Shown here piece by piece: positions 48,634 through 57,115 of a stretch of 64,000 nt of DNA. Under the pieces are notes generated by a model. It saw nothing but the letters and a program-made list of their open reading frames with translations, did not search any database and was not told the origin of the DNA. Position 1 is the stretch's first letter, and the number at the start of each line of letters is the position of its first letter. This DNA comes from Planctomycetota bacterium (GTDB lineage: Bacteria > Planctomycetota > B15-G4 > SIAN01). Position numbers and translations under genes: made by a program. The stretch spans positions 128,001 through 192,000 of the forward strand of contig JANNXA010000022.1 of assembly GCA_031409275.1 (NCBI GenBank). The letters are read 5' to 3'.

Positions 48634-50124
48634 TCACGGCTGCTTGCGCAGTTCCTTGTCCTTCAGGCCCGGATGGTCGGCGGGGATGCGCGTGGCGCGG
48701 AACAGCGCATGCGGCGGTGCGGGCTGTCCCTCACCGGGGTCGGCGTCGCCGAACGGATGGAGGTACTCCCACACCATCGTGCCGTCTGCCTTCACCTCGA
48801 AGACGCGACCGCTGGCGCCTTCGCAGATCAGCGTGTGGCCGTTGCGCAACCGCTGCGCGCCGGAGATGAAGTTCGAGAAGAAGTCGCTCTTGGTGGGCGC
48901 CGTGTAGCTCCAGACCGGCGCCGCCGGTCCGGCCGCGACGAGTGGCTCGAGCAGGAGACCGCCATCCTTCTGGCGCGGCAACTCGAGCTCGATCACGGCC
49001 GAGTAGTTGCCGTCGGGTCGACCCGCGCCGTTGTTGTAGATCAACAGGTGTCCGGCGCCGGGGAAGCCGGACGGGATGAAGCGCGCGTTGTGCTGAAAGA
49101 AGAGCGTCTGGTCGCTCTTGCCGCCGGCGCCGTAGTTCTTCGGATTCCCCCAACGCCACAGCAGGTCGCCGCCCTTGCCGCTGAGGCCGCCTTCGCTGCC
49201 GGCCGCTTCGTCGGAGGTCGTGCTGTGGTCGAGGATCCAGACCTCGCCTAGATGCGGCGAACTCAGCACGATCTGGTCGTGCTCGACGTCGTAGTGGATC
49301 GCGTTGGTATGCAGCCAGTCCGCCTGCAGCTCGCCGGCGGCCGGCTTGGCGTCGATGTAGCCGAGCTTCTGCAACTCGGCGATGTCGGCGTCGCTGGGCA
49401 GCTCTCGGCGCAAGTCGCAGTTGAGGTCGAGTCGCTCGGGATGACTTGCGACATCGCCGTAGTTGGCCGCATCGGGATCGACATCCTGGATCAGGTGATC
49501 CCATGCGTGCCATTGCCAGATGATCTCGGCGCCATCCTTCCCGCTTGGCTCGATCTCAAAGACGCAGTCGCTCCAGATGCCGTTGAGCCCGACGTGCGCG
49601 GGATGGCGACCGGCGGCGATCGCCTCGGAGCGCGTCTTGTACTCCCATGCGATGAAGAGGATCGTCCCATCGGGGGTGAGCGCGATGTCGTGGTGCTGCA
49701 GCGTCTCTTCGCTGGCGAACTTCCAATCCCACACGACGCTGCCGTCCCAATCGAGTTCCTGCAGCCGACCGCAGGCACCTCCTGCCTTGAAGCGCTGGAT
49801 GCCCGGCTCCTTGCTGCAGCGCAGCAGATGGCCGTTGTCGAGCAGGTACTCGCTGCCTGGCATGAAGCCGGTCTTCCACTCGTGCGCCAGGTTCCCTTCG
49901 AGATCGACAAGGCGAATCGTCTTGCTGCGCAGCGGCGCGATCAGCGTGTAGCCGGGAGTGGCCTCCGCCGTGCGCAGCGCGAGTCCGCGCGGGCGACTCG
50001 CCGGCGGCTCGCCGGGCGGGGCGCCGCCGGGTGGCGGTGGCGGCGCGCCTTGCGCCACGACGACGCTCGCCAAGGTCGAGAGGGTCGCGCAGAGGTGCAG
50101 CAGTCGGGTGGCGATCGAAGTCAA
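48634..50124 (-). CDS. Aryl-sulfate sulfotransferase (ASST) family protein, secreted
   Basis: GGAG RBS plus TTG; signal peptide; GYTL, QHHD, DWLHTNAI, LLWRWGNP, QHNA, ISGAQRLRNGHTLICEG. Confidence 0.88.
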   Translation of the reverse strand: MTSIATRLLHLCATLSTLASVVVAQGAPPPPPGGAPPGEPPASRPRGLALRTAEATPGYTLIAPLRSKTIRLVDLEGNLAHEWKTGFMPGSEYLLDNGHLLRCSKEPGIQRFKAGGACGRLQELDWDGSVVWDWKFASEETLQHHDIALTPDGTILFIAWEYKTRSEAIAAGRHPAHVGLNGIWSDCVFEIEPSGKDGAEIIWQWHAWDHLIQDVDPDAANYGDVASHPERLDLNCDLRRELPSDADIAELQKLGYIDAKPAAGELQADWLHTNAIHYDVEHDQIVLSSPHLGEVWILDHSTTSDEAAGSEGGLSGKGGDLLWRWGNPKNYGAGGKSDQTLFFQHNARFIPSGFPGAGHLLIYNNGAGRPDGNYSAVIELELPRQKDGGLLLEPLVAAGPAAPVWSYTAPTKSDFFSNFISGAQRLRNGHTLICEGASGRVFEVKADGTMVWEYLHPFGDADPGEGQPAPPHALFRATRIPADHPGLKDKELRKQP

Positions 50125-50272
50125 CTTGGAACTCCAGCGAAGGGCACGGTCACTCCGGCCATCTTGTCGAGGCGCCCACGCGCGGTGAAGGGCGCGCTCG
50201 AACCCGACTTCATCCGCGAGTCCCGCTACGATCTCGCGCTCCCGTCGATCTTGGCCTCCGCGGAGCTTCACG

Positions 50273-52426
50273 GTGCCGGCACGTTCCACTTGTCGAATGG
50301 CCCTGCTCCTCGCACTCGGCGCCACCAGTTGCGTCGGATCGAGCGGTCAGCGCCAGAAGAGGCTCGCGCCCGGCAGCGCGCTCCTCCACCAGGCCTCGCG
50401 CCTCTTCGACGGAAAGAGCGGCGTCGAGGTCGGTTGGGAAGCGGCGTTGTCGCGCCTCGCCGAAGCGGACGTCGTGTTCCTCGGCGAGACGCATCTCGAC
50501 CGCCTCACCCACGACGCCGAACTCGAGTTCCTGCGCGAACTCACCGAGCGTCGCGACGGGCAGACCGCGCTCGCGCTCGAGATGTTCGAGCGCGACGTGC
50601 AGCCGTTCCTCGACGAGTACCGGGCCGGCCGCATCGACGAGCGCCTGTTCCTCCAGCATTCGCGGCCGTGGGGCAACTACGCCACCGACTACCGGCCGCT
50701 GATCGAGTTCTGCAAGGCCGAGCAGCTGCCGATCATCGCGTCGAACCTGCCCGCCGAGCTGCGCCGCAAGCTCGGCCGCGGTGGTGCTGAAGCGCTCGCG
50801 GCGTTGACTCCCGACGAGCGCGCGCTGGTGCCGGAGCCGCTGTTCGAGAACCGTCCGGACTACTGGAAGCGCGTCGACCACGTCACGCGCGGTCACGCCG
50901 CCATGGGGATCGTGCCCGCCGAAAGCCGCCTCTTCGACGGGCAGAACCTCTGGGACAACACGATGGGCGACTCGATCGCGCGCGCGCGCGCGGCCGACCC
51001 CGAGCGCCAGGTGATCCACGTGAACGGCGGCTTCCACAGCGACTATGGCGACGGCACCGTCTGGCAGCTCCTGCAGCGCGCGCCCGCCACCGCCGTCGCG
51101 ACCGTTCAGATCGTCGCCACCACCGACCTCGCCGACGTCCGCGTCGACGTCGCGACGCCGCGCGCCGATTTCGTCCTCTTCGTCGAGGCGCGCGCGAAGG
51201 CGGCCGAGGACGGTGTGGCCGCGGTGAATGTCGCGCGTGAGCACGGATGGCGCTTGTCGCGACCGGCCGGCGCGAGCGCCCCGGTCCCGTTGCTGATCTG
51301 GCTTTGCGACGACGGTCAGGAGAGCGCCGCCGCCCAGAAGCTGTGGCAGCCGGCGATCGGCGACGGCGCCGCGCTGCTCACGCTCGATCCCTCGTTCCCC
51401 TACCTCGGCGCCGATGGCAGCAAGCACGGCCGCTGGTTCTTCCCGGGATCTGCCGACAGCGGCGGCGGGCTCGCGACGAGCGCGCTCGACCGGATCTTCG
51501 AGGTGGTCGCGCGTGAGGACCTCGCGGCCGGTCTCTCGCTCGATCGCACACGCATCGTCATCGCTGGAGAAGGCGCCGGCGCGACGATGGCGCTGCATGC
51601 GGCGCGCTACCTCGGCGACGAAGCTTTCTCGACACTCGCCTTCGAACCGCGCGCGAAGAGCGAACTCGCCGAGATGATCGCCCCGCTCTCGCTGTCGGCG
51701 GGTCGGACCACCCGAAAGGTGGCGATCCACTCCAGCGAGGCGGAGGCGGCGAGCTGGCGTGAGCTCACCGCGGGCGATGGCGAGTTGCGCCTCACGACGG
51801 AAGTCGTCGCGCAGCCCGACGCACCGGCCGCGCGCGATGCCGCGCAGGTTGACGCAGTGCGCGCGGCGCTCGGCCTCGCCGCCGCTCCCGAGAGCCGCGC
51901 GGCCGCGGCCGTGATCGAGCAGGCACCCGTGCATCCGGCCGGCGAACTCGTCGCGCGGCAGCTCGCGCGCCGCGTGCGCGCCGCGCAGCTCGCGCAGCCC
52001 CCTCCCATGGCGATCACCGCCGCCGCGTTCGCCGATGGGCAGCGCCTGCCGCGGTCGAGCGGCGCGTTCGGTGGCACCACGATCGTGGTCCTGCCGGCCG
52101 ACGTTGCCGATGGCGAGTGGGCCGCCTGGAAGGCGCTCGAATCACCCGATGTGCTGCAGGCGAAGAGCCGCTTCCATCGGCTGCGGATCGCGCGCGGAGA
52201 CGGGGACGAGTCGCCGCGCGCGGTGATCGAGAAACTGCGCGCCGAGAATCCGCAGCGGCGCGACTTCCTGCTGGTGCCGGCCGAATTCTGCGTCGACGAC
52301 GCCGCGCTCGAGCGGCTGACTGCGGCCATCGGCGCGCTCGCCGACGAACTCCATCTCGAGCTGCTGCCGGGGCTCGGCGCACTGCTGCCGGTCGGTCCGC
52401 CGGCTCCGGCTCCCGCGCCGCATTGA
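50273..52426 (+). CDS. ChaN-family lipoprotein fused to an alpha/beta-hydrolase-like region and an unknown C-terminal domain
   Basis: Lipobox ATSC; ADVVFLGETH, LALEMFERDVQ, YRPLIE, QNLWDNTM and NGGFHSD (ChaN), followed by about 400 extra residues. Start may be ATG 50297. Confidence 0.82.
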   Translation: MPARSTCRMALLLALGATSCVGSSGQRQKRLAPGSALLHQASRLFDGKSGVEVGWEAALSRLAEADVVFLGETHLDRLTHDAELEFLRELTERRDGQTALALEMFERDVQPFLDEYRAGRIDERLFLQHSRPWGNYATDYRPLIEFCKAEQLPIIASNLPAELRRKLGRGGAEALAALTPDERALVPEPLFENRPDYWKRVDHVTRGHAAMGIVPAESRLFDGQNLWDNTMGDSIARARAADPERQVIHVNGGFHSDYGDGTVWQLLQRAPATAVATVQIVATTDLADVRVDVATPRADFVLFVEARAKAAEDGVAAVNVAREHGWRLSRPAGASAPVPLLIWLCDDGQESAAAQKLWQPAIGDGAALLTLDPSFPYLGADGSKHGRWFFPGSADSGGGLATSALDRIFEVVAREDLAAGLSLDRTRIVIAGEGAGATMALHAARYLGDEAFSTLAFEPRAKSELAEMIAPLSLSAGRTTRKVAIHSSEAEAASWRELTAGDGELRLTTEVVAQPDAPAARDAAQVDAVRAALGLAAAPESRAAAAVIEQAPVHPAGELVARQLARRVRAAQLAQPPPMAITAAAFADGQRLPRSSGAFGGTTIVVLPADVADGEWAAWKALESPDVLQAKSRFHRLRIARGDGDESPRAVIEKLRAENPQRRDFLLVPAEFCVDDAALERLTAAIGALADELHLELLPGLGALLPVGPPAPAPAPH

Positions 52427-52441
52427 GTCGCGCGCGCGACG

Positions 52442-53749
52442 TCAGGCCAACAGCTCGCGGACGATCGCGCCCTCGGGATCGACCAGCGTCGCCGGACGCC
52501 GCGACGTCGCCTGGAAGCGCTTCGTTCCGTCGATCCGCAGCAGATGGGCCAAGGTGGCGAACAGGTCTGGAACGGTGACCGGCCGCGCGACGATGGACTC
52601 TCCACGATCATCCGTGCTGCCCACCACGGTGCCCGCCTTCACTCCGGCACCGGCGAGCAGCGCGCAGTAGTTGTGTGGCCAGTGGTCGCGGCCGCGGCGC
52701 GCGCTGATGGCCGGCGTCCGGCCGAACTCGCCCATGCAGACCACCAGGGTCTCCGACAACAGCCCGCGCTGTTCGAGGTCGTCAAGCAACGTCGAGAGCG
52801 CCGGATCGAGCTCGCGGCAGAGCGCCTCCGTCTTCGGGAAGTTGTCGATGTGAGTGTCCCACCCGTCGAAGTGGATCTCGACGGCGCTGACCCCCTCCTC
52901 GAGCAGGCGGCGCGCGAGCAGAGCGCCCTGACCAACCGTCGAGGGGCCGTACGCCTCGCGCAAGCGATCGGGCTCGGCGTCGAGGTTGAAGGCGCGACTG
53001 CGAACGCTCTCCATCAACCGGCGGGCACGCCGCTGCTGCTCGCGGTTGCTGTTCACCTCGACCTCGGCGCCGCGGCGCGCGTAGTCGGCGTCGAGCAGTT
53101 CACGCAGCGAATCGCGCCGATCGGTGCGAATCGCGTCGAGCGGGCGCGCCGCGGCGAGGTTCGCGACCGGGCTGCCGGGGCGGGCCACGAGGAACGGGGC
53201 GTGCGCTACTCCGAGGTAACCAGCCGAGCCGGGCGCGCCGTTGATCTGCACGAAGCTCGGCAGCTCGGCGGCGGGGTCGCCTAGTTCGTGTGAGACGACC
53301 GAGCCGAAGGTCGGAAAGGCGACGCTGGGGTTGGGCGTGTAGCCGGTGTGCAGCAGCAGCCGCGCGCGGGCGTGGCTGCCCTCCTTGGAGTGGAGGCTGC
53401 GGATCACCGCCAGTCGATCCGCACGTTCGCGCAGCTGCGGCAGGTGCTCGCTGAAGCTCCAGCCGGCGCGATCGGTGGGAAGCGCGCGAAACGGCCCGCC
53501 ATTCACGGTGCCGGGCTTGGGGTCGAACGTGTCGAGCTGGCTCGGGCCGCCTTCCAGCCAGATCAGGATCAAGCGCCGCGGCGTGGGCGCGTCGCCGAGC
53601 GCTGCTTCTTGAGCGCACGCGTGGCGCTGCAGCAATCCGAGCAGTCCGGAGCCGATCGATGCGGCACCGATTCCGCCGGCGAGCTGCGCCAGCAGCGCAC
53701 GCCGAGTCAGCTGTCCGGTCCAACGCGCGGATGGCAGCGAGGAGCTCAT
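52442..53749 (-). CDS. DUF1501 domain protein (Tat-exported, sulfatase-like fold)
   Basis: Tat-like TRRALL; WLEGGPSQLDTFDPKP, GWDTH, GEFGRTP, GRDHW and DLFAT. Confidence 0.93.
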   Translation of the reverse strand: MSSSLPSARWTGQLTRRALLAQLAGGIGAASIGSGLLGLLQRHACAQEAALGDAPTPRRLILIWLEGGPSQLDTFDPKPGTVNGGPFRALPTDRAGWSFSEHLPQLRERADRLAVIRSLHSKEGSHARARLLLHTGYTPNPSVAFPTFGSVVSHELGDPAAELPSFVQINGAPGSAGYLGVAHAPFLVARPGSPVANLAAARPLDAIRTDRRDSLRELLDADYARRGAEVEVNSNREQQRRARRLMESVRSRAFNLDAEPDRLREAYGPSTVGQGALLARRLLEEGVSAVEIHFDGWDTHIDNFPKTEALCRELDPALSTLLDDLEQRGLLSETLVVCMGEFGRTPAISARRGRDHWPHNYCALLAGAGVKAGTVVGSTDDRGESIVARPVTVPDLFATLAHLLRIDGTKRFQATSRRPATLVDPEGAIVRELLA

Positions 53750-55611
53750 GGATTGGTGTGGAACTCCGCGCTGTTCACCAGGGCCCAGTAGAGATCGTCG
53801 GCTGAGGCGCGCGGATGGGCGGCATCGAGCGCCGCCACCAACGCGCGCGCTTCCTCGGGCTGCGGAGGTCGCGACAACGTGGCGAGGAACCACGGCGTGA
53901 TCCGTTCGACCTCGCTGTGGCGCGCATCGAACAGCGCGTGCAGGGAGGCATCGTCACGCAAGGCGGCAGGAATGACCGCGGCGTCGCCGTTGCGCAGCAG
54001 CAACGCCAGCGGGATGTTGACCTCCAGCGTGCGATCGTTGGCGTCGGCGCGGCCGGGCGAGCAGCGCTCGAGTTCGCGCAGCAGCTGGGCGCGCTGCTCG
54101 TCGAGGTGCTCCGCGGCGATGTCCGCGTTCCCGAGCCGAAGCACGGTGTTGGCGAGCTGCTCTGGCGTGAAGCTGCGGCGCGGATGGGCGGCGAACCAAC
54201 GTTCGCTGCGTGCGCGCGCCTCGGAGTCGGCGCCAGACGCCGCACCGAGCGCGTAGGCGCGCGTGCGTGCCACCACGCGATAGAGCAGGCGAACGTCGCC
54301 GCCTTGTTCTGCGAGCGCCGCCGCGAGCGCAGCGTGCAGCTCCGGCAGGATTCGATCGGAGCCATCCGCGAGGTCATCGACCGGATCGACGAGTCCGTGG
54401 CCGAGCAGGAGCGAGACGATGCGATTGGACTGCGCCAACGTGAACCAGCGGTTGCCTGGCGCGATGATCCATTCGGCGAGCGCCGCGCGACGCGACTGTC
54501 CGCGCTGCGCTTCGTACGGGGCGTCATCGAGATGCGCCGCGACGCCAAACTTCTCGCGCCGTTCGAGGTAGCGATCGAGCAGGTCGCGTGCGTCGCCAGG
54601 GAGTCGTCCGCGCAGCGACTCGAGCGCTTCACCGTCGGCGAGGAAGGCGAGGATCGGCCGCTCGCCCCCGACGCTCTCGCGCAGCAAGGCACGCAATTGC
54701 GCGACTGCCGCCAACTCGGCGGGCGTCCGGCGCTGCGCGGGGCCCTCGGCGCCCGCGCGCATCGACGGCTTGTCCATCGAGGAGGCGCCCGCCTCGAGTT
54801 CCCTCAGTCGATCGGCGAGGTCCCATTCGGGCGAACGGTCGATGACGCGGAAGCCCGGGCCGCCGATCTCGGAGAGCAGGCCGTGGTCCCCGCGCATCTC
54901 GACGAAGAACCCTACGAAACGGTTGAACTGCTCCCGCGTCCAGTGGTCGTAGGGATGGTCGTGGCACTGGGCGCACTGGATCTGGAGGCCGAGGAACGCG
55001 CGTGCAGAGACGCCAGCAAGCGTCTCGATCGAATCGCGAAAGCTGATCGGGAACGCGAAGGCCCCGGGCGTGCGGGCCGCGCCGGACGCGGCGATCAGCT
55101 CGGTCGTGAGCTGTGGGAAGGTGATGCCCTCGCGGAATCGCTCGGCCAGCCATGGCCTCAGCCAGCGCGTGGTCTTCTCGGCGTCCTTGCCGGCCTCGCC
55201 CACCAGCAGTTCGTTCCATTGGAACGAGAGCTCATCGGCGAATCGCGGGTCGGTGAGTTGCGCCTCGATCTCTTCGGCGCGTCGCGTCGCCGCCGGACGC
55301 GCCAGGAACCGCGCGATCTCCGCCGGTGTCGGCGCGCAGCCGCGCAAGTCCAGGCTCAGGCGACGCAGCCACGTCGAGTCGTCGAGCGGCGTCGCGGCGA
55401 CGAGCCCCTGCTCCTCCCACGCCGCGGCCACCATCGCGTCGAACCGCGTCACGAGCGCGTCGACCGCGGTCGACGGCGGCGCCGCGTCGGGCGCAAGCGA
55501 TGGCGACGCCGTCGCGACGGTCAACGCGAGGGACACCGCGGCGGCAAGGGCAGAAAGACGACTAGGCCAGGCACGCAACCGAACCACTCCTGCAACGACG
55601 AGGCGCTGCAA
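53746..55611 (-). CDS. DUF1549/DUF1553 (PSD1/PSCyt2) domain protein
   Basis: WLRRLSLDLRG, FLGLQIQCAQCHDHPYD (CxxCH), NRI...LGHGLVDPVDD, LATLSRPP and WALVNSAEF. Confidence 0.92.
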   Translation of the reverse strand: MQRLVVAGVVRLRAWPSRLSALAAAVSLALTVATASPSLAPDAAPPSTAVDALVTRFDAMVAAAWEEQGLVAATPLDDSTWLRRLSLDLRGCAPTPAEIARFLARPAATRRAEEIEAQLTDPRFADELSFQWNELLVGEAGKDAEKTTRWLRPWLAERFREGITFPQLTTELIAASGAARTPGAFAFPISFRDSIETLAGVSARAFLGLQIQCAQCHDHPYDHWTREQFNRFVGFFVEMRGDHGLLSEIGGPGFRVIDRSPEWDLADRLRELEAGASSMDKPSMRAGAEGPAQRRTPAELAAVAQLRALLRESVGGERPILAFLADGEALESLRGRLPGDARDLLDRYLERREKFGVAAHLDDAPYEAQRGQSRRAALAEWIIAPGNRWFTLAQSNRIVSLLLGHGLVDPVDDLADGSDRILPELHAALAAALAEQGGDVRLLYRVVARTRAYALGAASGADSEARARSERWFAAHPRRSFTPEQLANTVLRLGNADIAAEHLDEQRAQLLRELERCSPGRADANDRTLEVNIPLALLLRNGDAAVIPAALRDDASLHALFDARHSEVERITPWFLATLSRPPQPEEARALVAALDAAHPRASADDLYWALVNSAEFHTNP

Positions 55612-55669
55612 TAGACGCTCCCGCCGCCGCCGTCAACCTTCGCGCGACGGCGCTGCTAGGATCCGCGGA

Positions 55670-57106
55670 ATGAGACTCCCTTCGGCGCCTCCGTCGTGGC
55701 TCGCGGCTGCCGCCATCGCATTCCACCAGGAAGCGATACCGGTGCCGCCTCCTGCTGCACCGCAGCGACTCGTCGTCGTGACCCTCGATACGGTCCGCGT
55801 CGATCGCCTCGGCTGCTACGGCTACTTCCGCGACACGACTCCGAACCTCGACCGCTTCGCGACGGATGCGCTGCGCTTCACACGCTGCCAGGTGCCGATC
55901 GCGCAGACGACTCCGAGCCACACCTCGTTGTTCACCGGCGTCGGCCCCTTCGAGCATGGCGTCACTTCGAACCACGCGCGGCGCTCCAACGAGGAACCGT
56001 CCGAGATCGGGCTCGAGACTTCGGCGACGTTGCGCACGCTCGCCGAGTCGTTCCAGCAGCGCGGCTTCGCGACGGGGGGCTTCGTCACGGCGACGCCGGT
56101 CAAGCGTTTCACCGGCCTGGCAAAAGGCTTCGACGAATGGAGCGAGCCGGAGCGCGGTCGCCGCATCGGACACGAGGCGATCCGCGACGCGTTGGCCTTC
56201 CTCGACCGTCATAAAGAGGAGTCGATGTTCGTCTGGGTCCATCTCTACGACGCGCATGAACCCTACACCGCGCCGACCCCGCCAAAGCAGTTCCTGTCGC
56301 GCTACTCGAGCGAGCCGCGCCTCCTCGATTGGCTCGCCGCGCGCAACTTCCCGAGCCGATCGGCTGATCTCGAGGCGCACGGTCGCGATGTGATCTCGAC
56401 ACAGAACGACTACGACGGCGCGCTGCGCTTCATGGACCAGCAACTCGGTGTGCTACTCACCCGGCTCGAAACCGAGCCGCTCTACAGCTCCACCACCGTC
56501 GTGTTGGTCGCCGACCATGGAACGGCACTTGGCCAGCACGATCACGTCGGTCACGGGATCTGCTGGGAAGAGCAGCTGCAGATCCCGCTTCTCGTTCGAG
56601 TTCCCGGACTCGCGCCAGGCGTGGTCGACGAGCCGCTCTCGACGCTCGATCTCTGGCCCACTCTGTCGGCGCTGGTGCCGGGACTCCTCGACGCGGCATG
56701 GCTGCCGCAGTGCCGCGGTGCCGACGTGCTGTCACCCGACCACACCCCGGCGCCGCGGTTTGCGATTTCCGGTCGTGACTCGAGCCTCGCTTCCGTGAGA
56801 GCGGGGCGCTTCAAGCTGATCCGCGACGAGCGCCGCGCGACGCAGCTCTTCGATCTCGACGCCGATCCCAACGAAACCAAGGATGTCGCCGTCGACCACC
56901 CCGACGTCGTGCAGCGGCTCAGCGCGCTGGTCGCGGACGAGGTGGCGCGCCAGAAGCGTGCACACGCGCTGCACCGCAGCCCGTCGGGCGAGTCGGGCAG
57001 CGTGGATCCGAAGCTCCTCGAGGAGCTGCGGGAGCTCGGCTACGTAGGCGCCGACGCGGGCAGTGCGGACGAAGAGGGCGGCGGCGATCGGCGCCGTCCA
57101 CGCTGA
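55670..57106 (+). CDS. Sulfatase-like alkaline phosphatase superfamily protein
   Basis: TLDTVRVDRLGCYGY, TPNLD, TTPSHTSLFTG, HLYDAHEPY, YDGALRFMD, ADHG, LFDLDADPNE and LRELGY. Confidence 0.92.
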   Translation: MRLPSAPPSWLAAAAIAFHQEAIPVPPPAAPQRLVVVTLDTVRVDRLGCYGYFRDTTPNLDRFATDALRFTRCQVPIAQTTPSHTSLFTGVGPFEHGVTSNHARRSNEEPSEIGLETSATLRTLAESFQQRGFATGGFVTATPVKRFTGLAKGFDEWSEPERGRRIGHEAIRDALAFLDRHKEESMFVWVHLYDAHEPYTAPTPPKQFLSRYSSEPRLLDWLAARNFPSRSADLEAHGRDVISTQNDYDGALRFMDQQLGVLLTRLETEPLYSSTTVVLVADHGTALGQHDHVGHGICWEEQLQIPLLVRVPGLAPGVVDEPLSTLDLWPTLSALVPGLLDAAWLPQCRGADVLSPDHTPAPRFAISGRDSSLASVRAGRFKLIRDERRATQLFDLDADPNETKDVAVDHPDVVQRLSALVADEVARQKRAHALHRSPSGESGSVDPKLLEELRELGYVGADAGSADEEGGGDRRRPR

Positions 57107-57115
57107 GCCGCAGTT

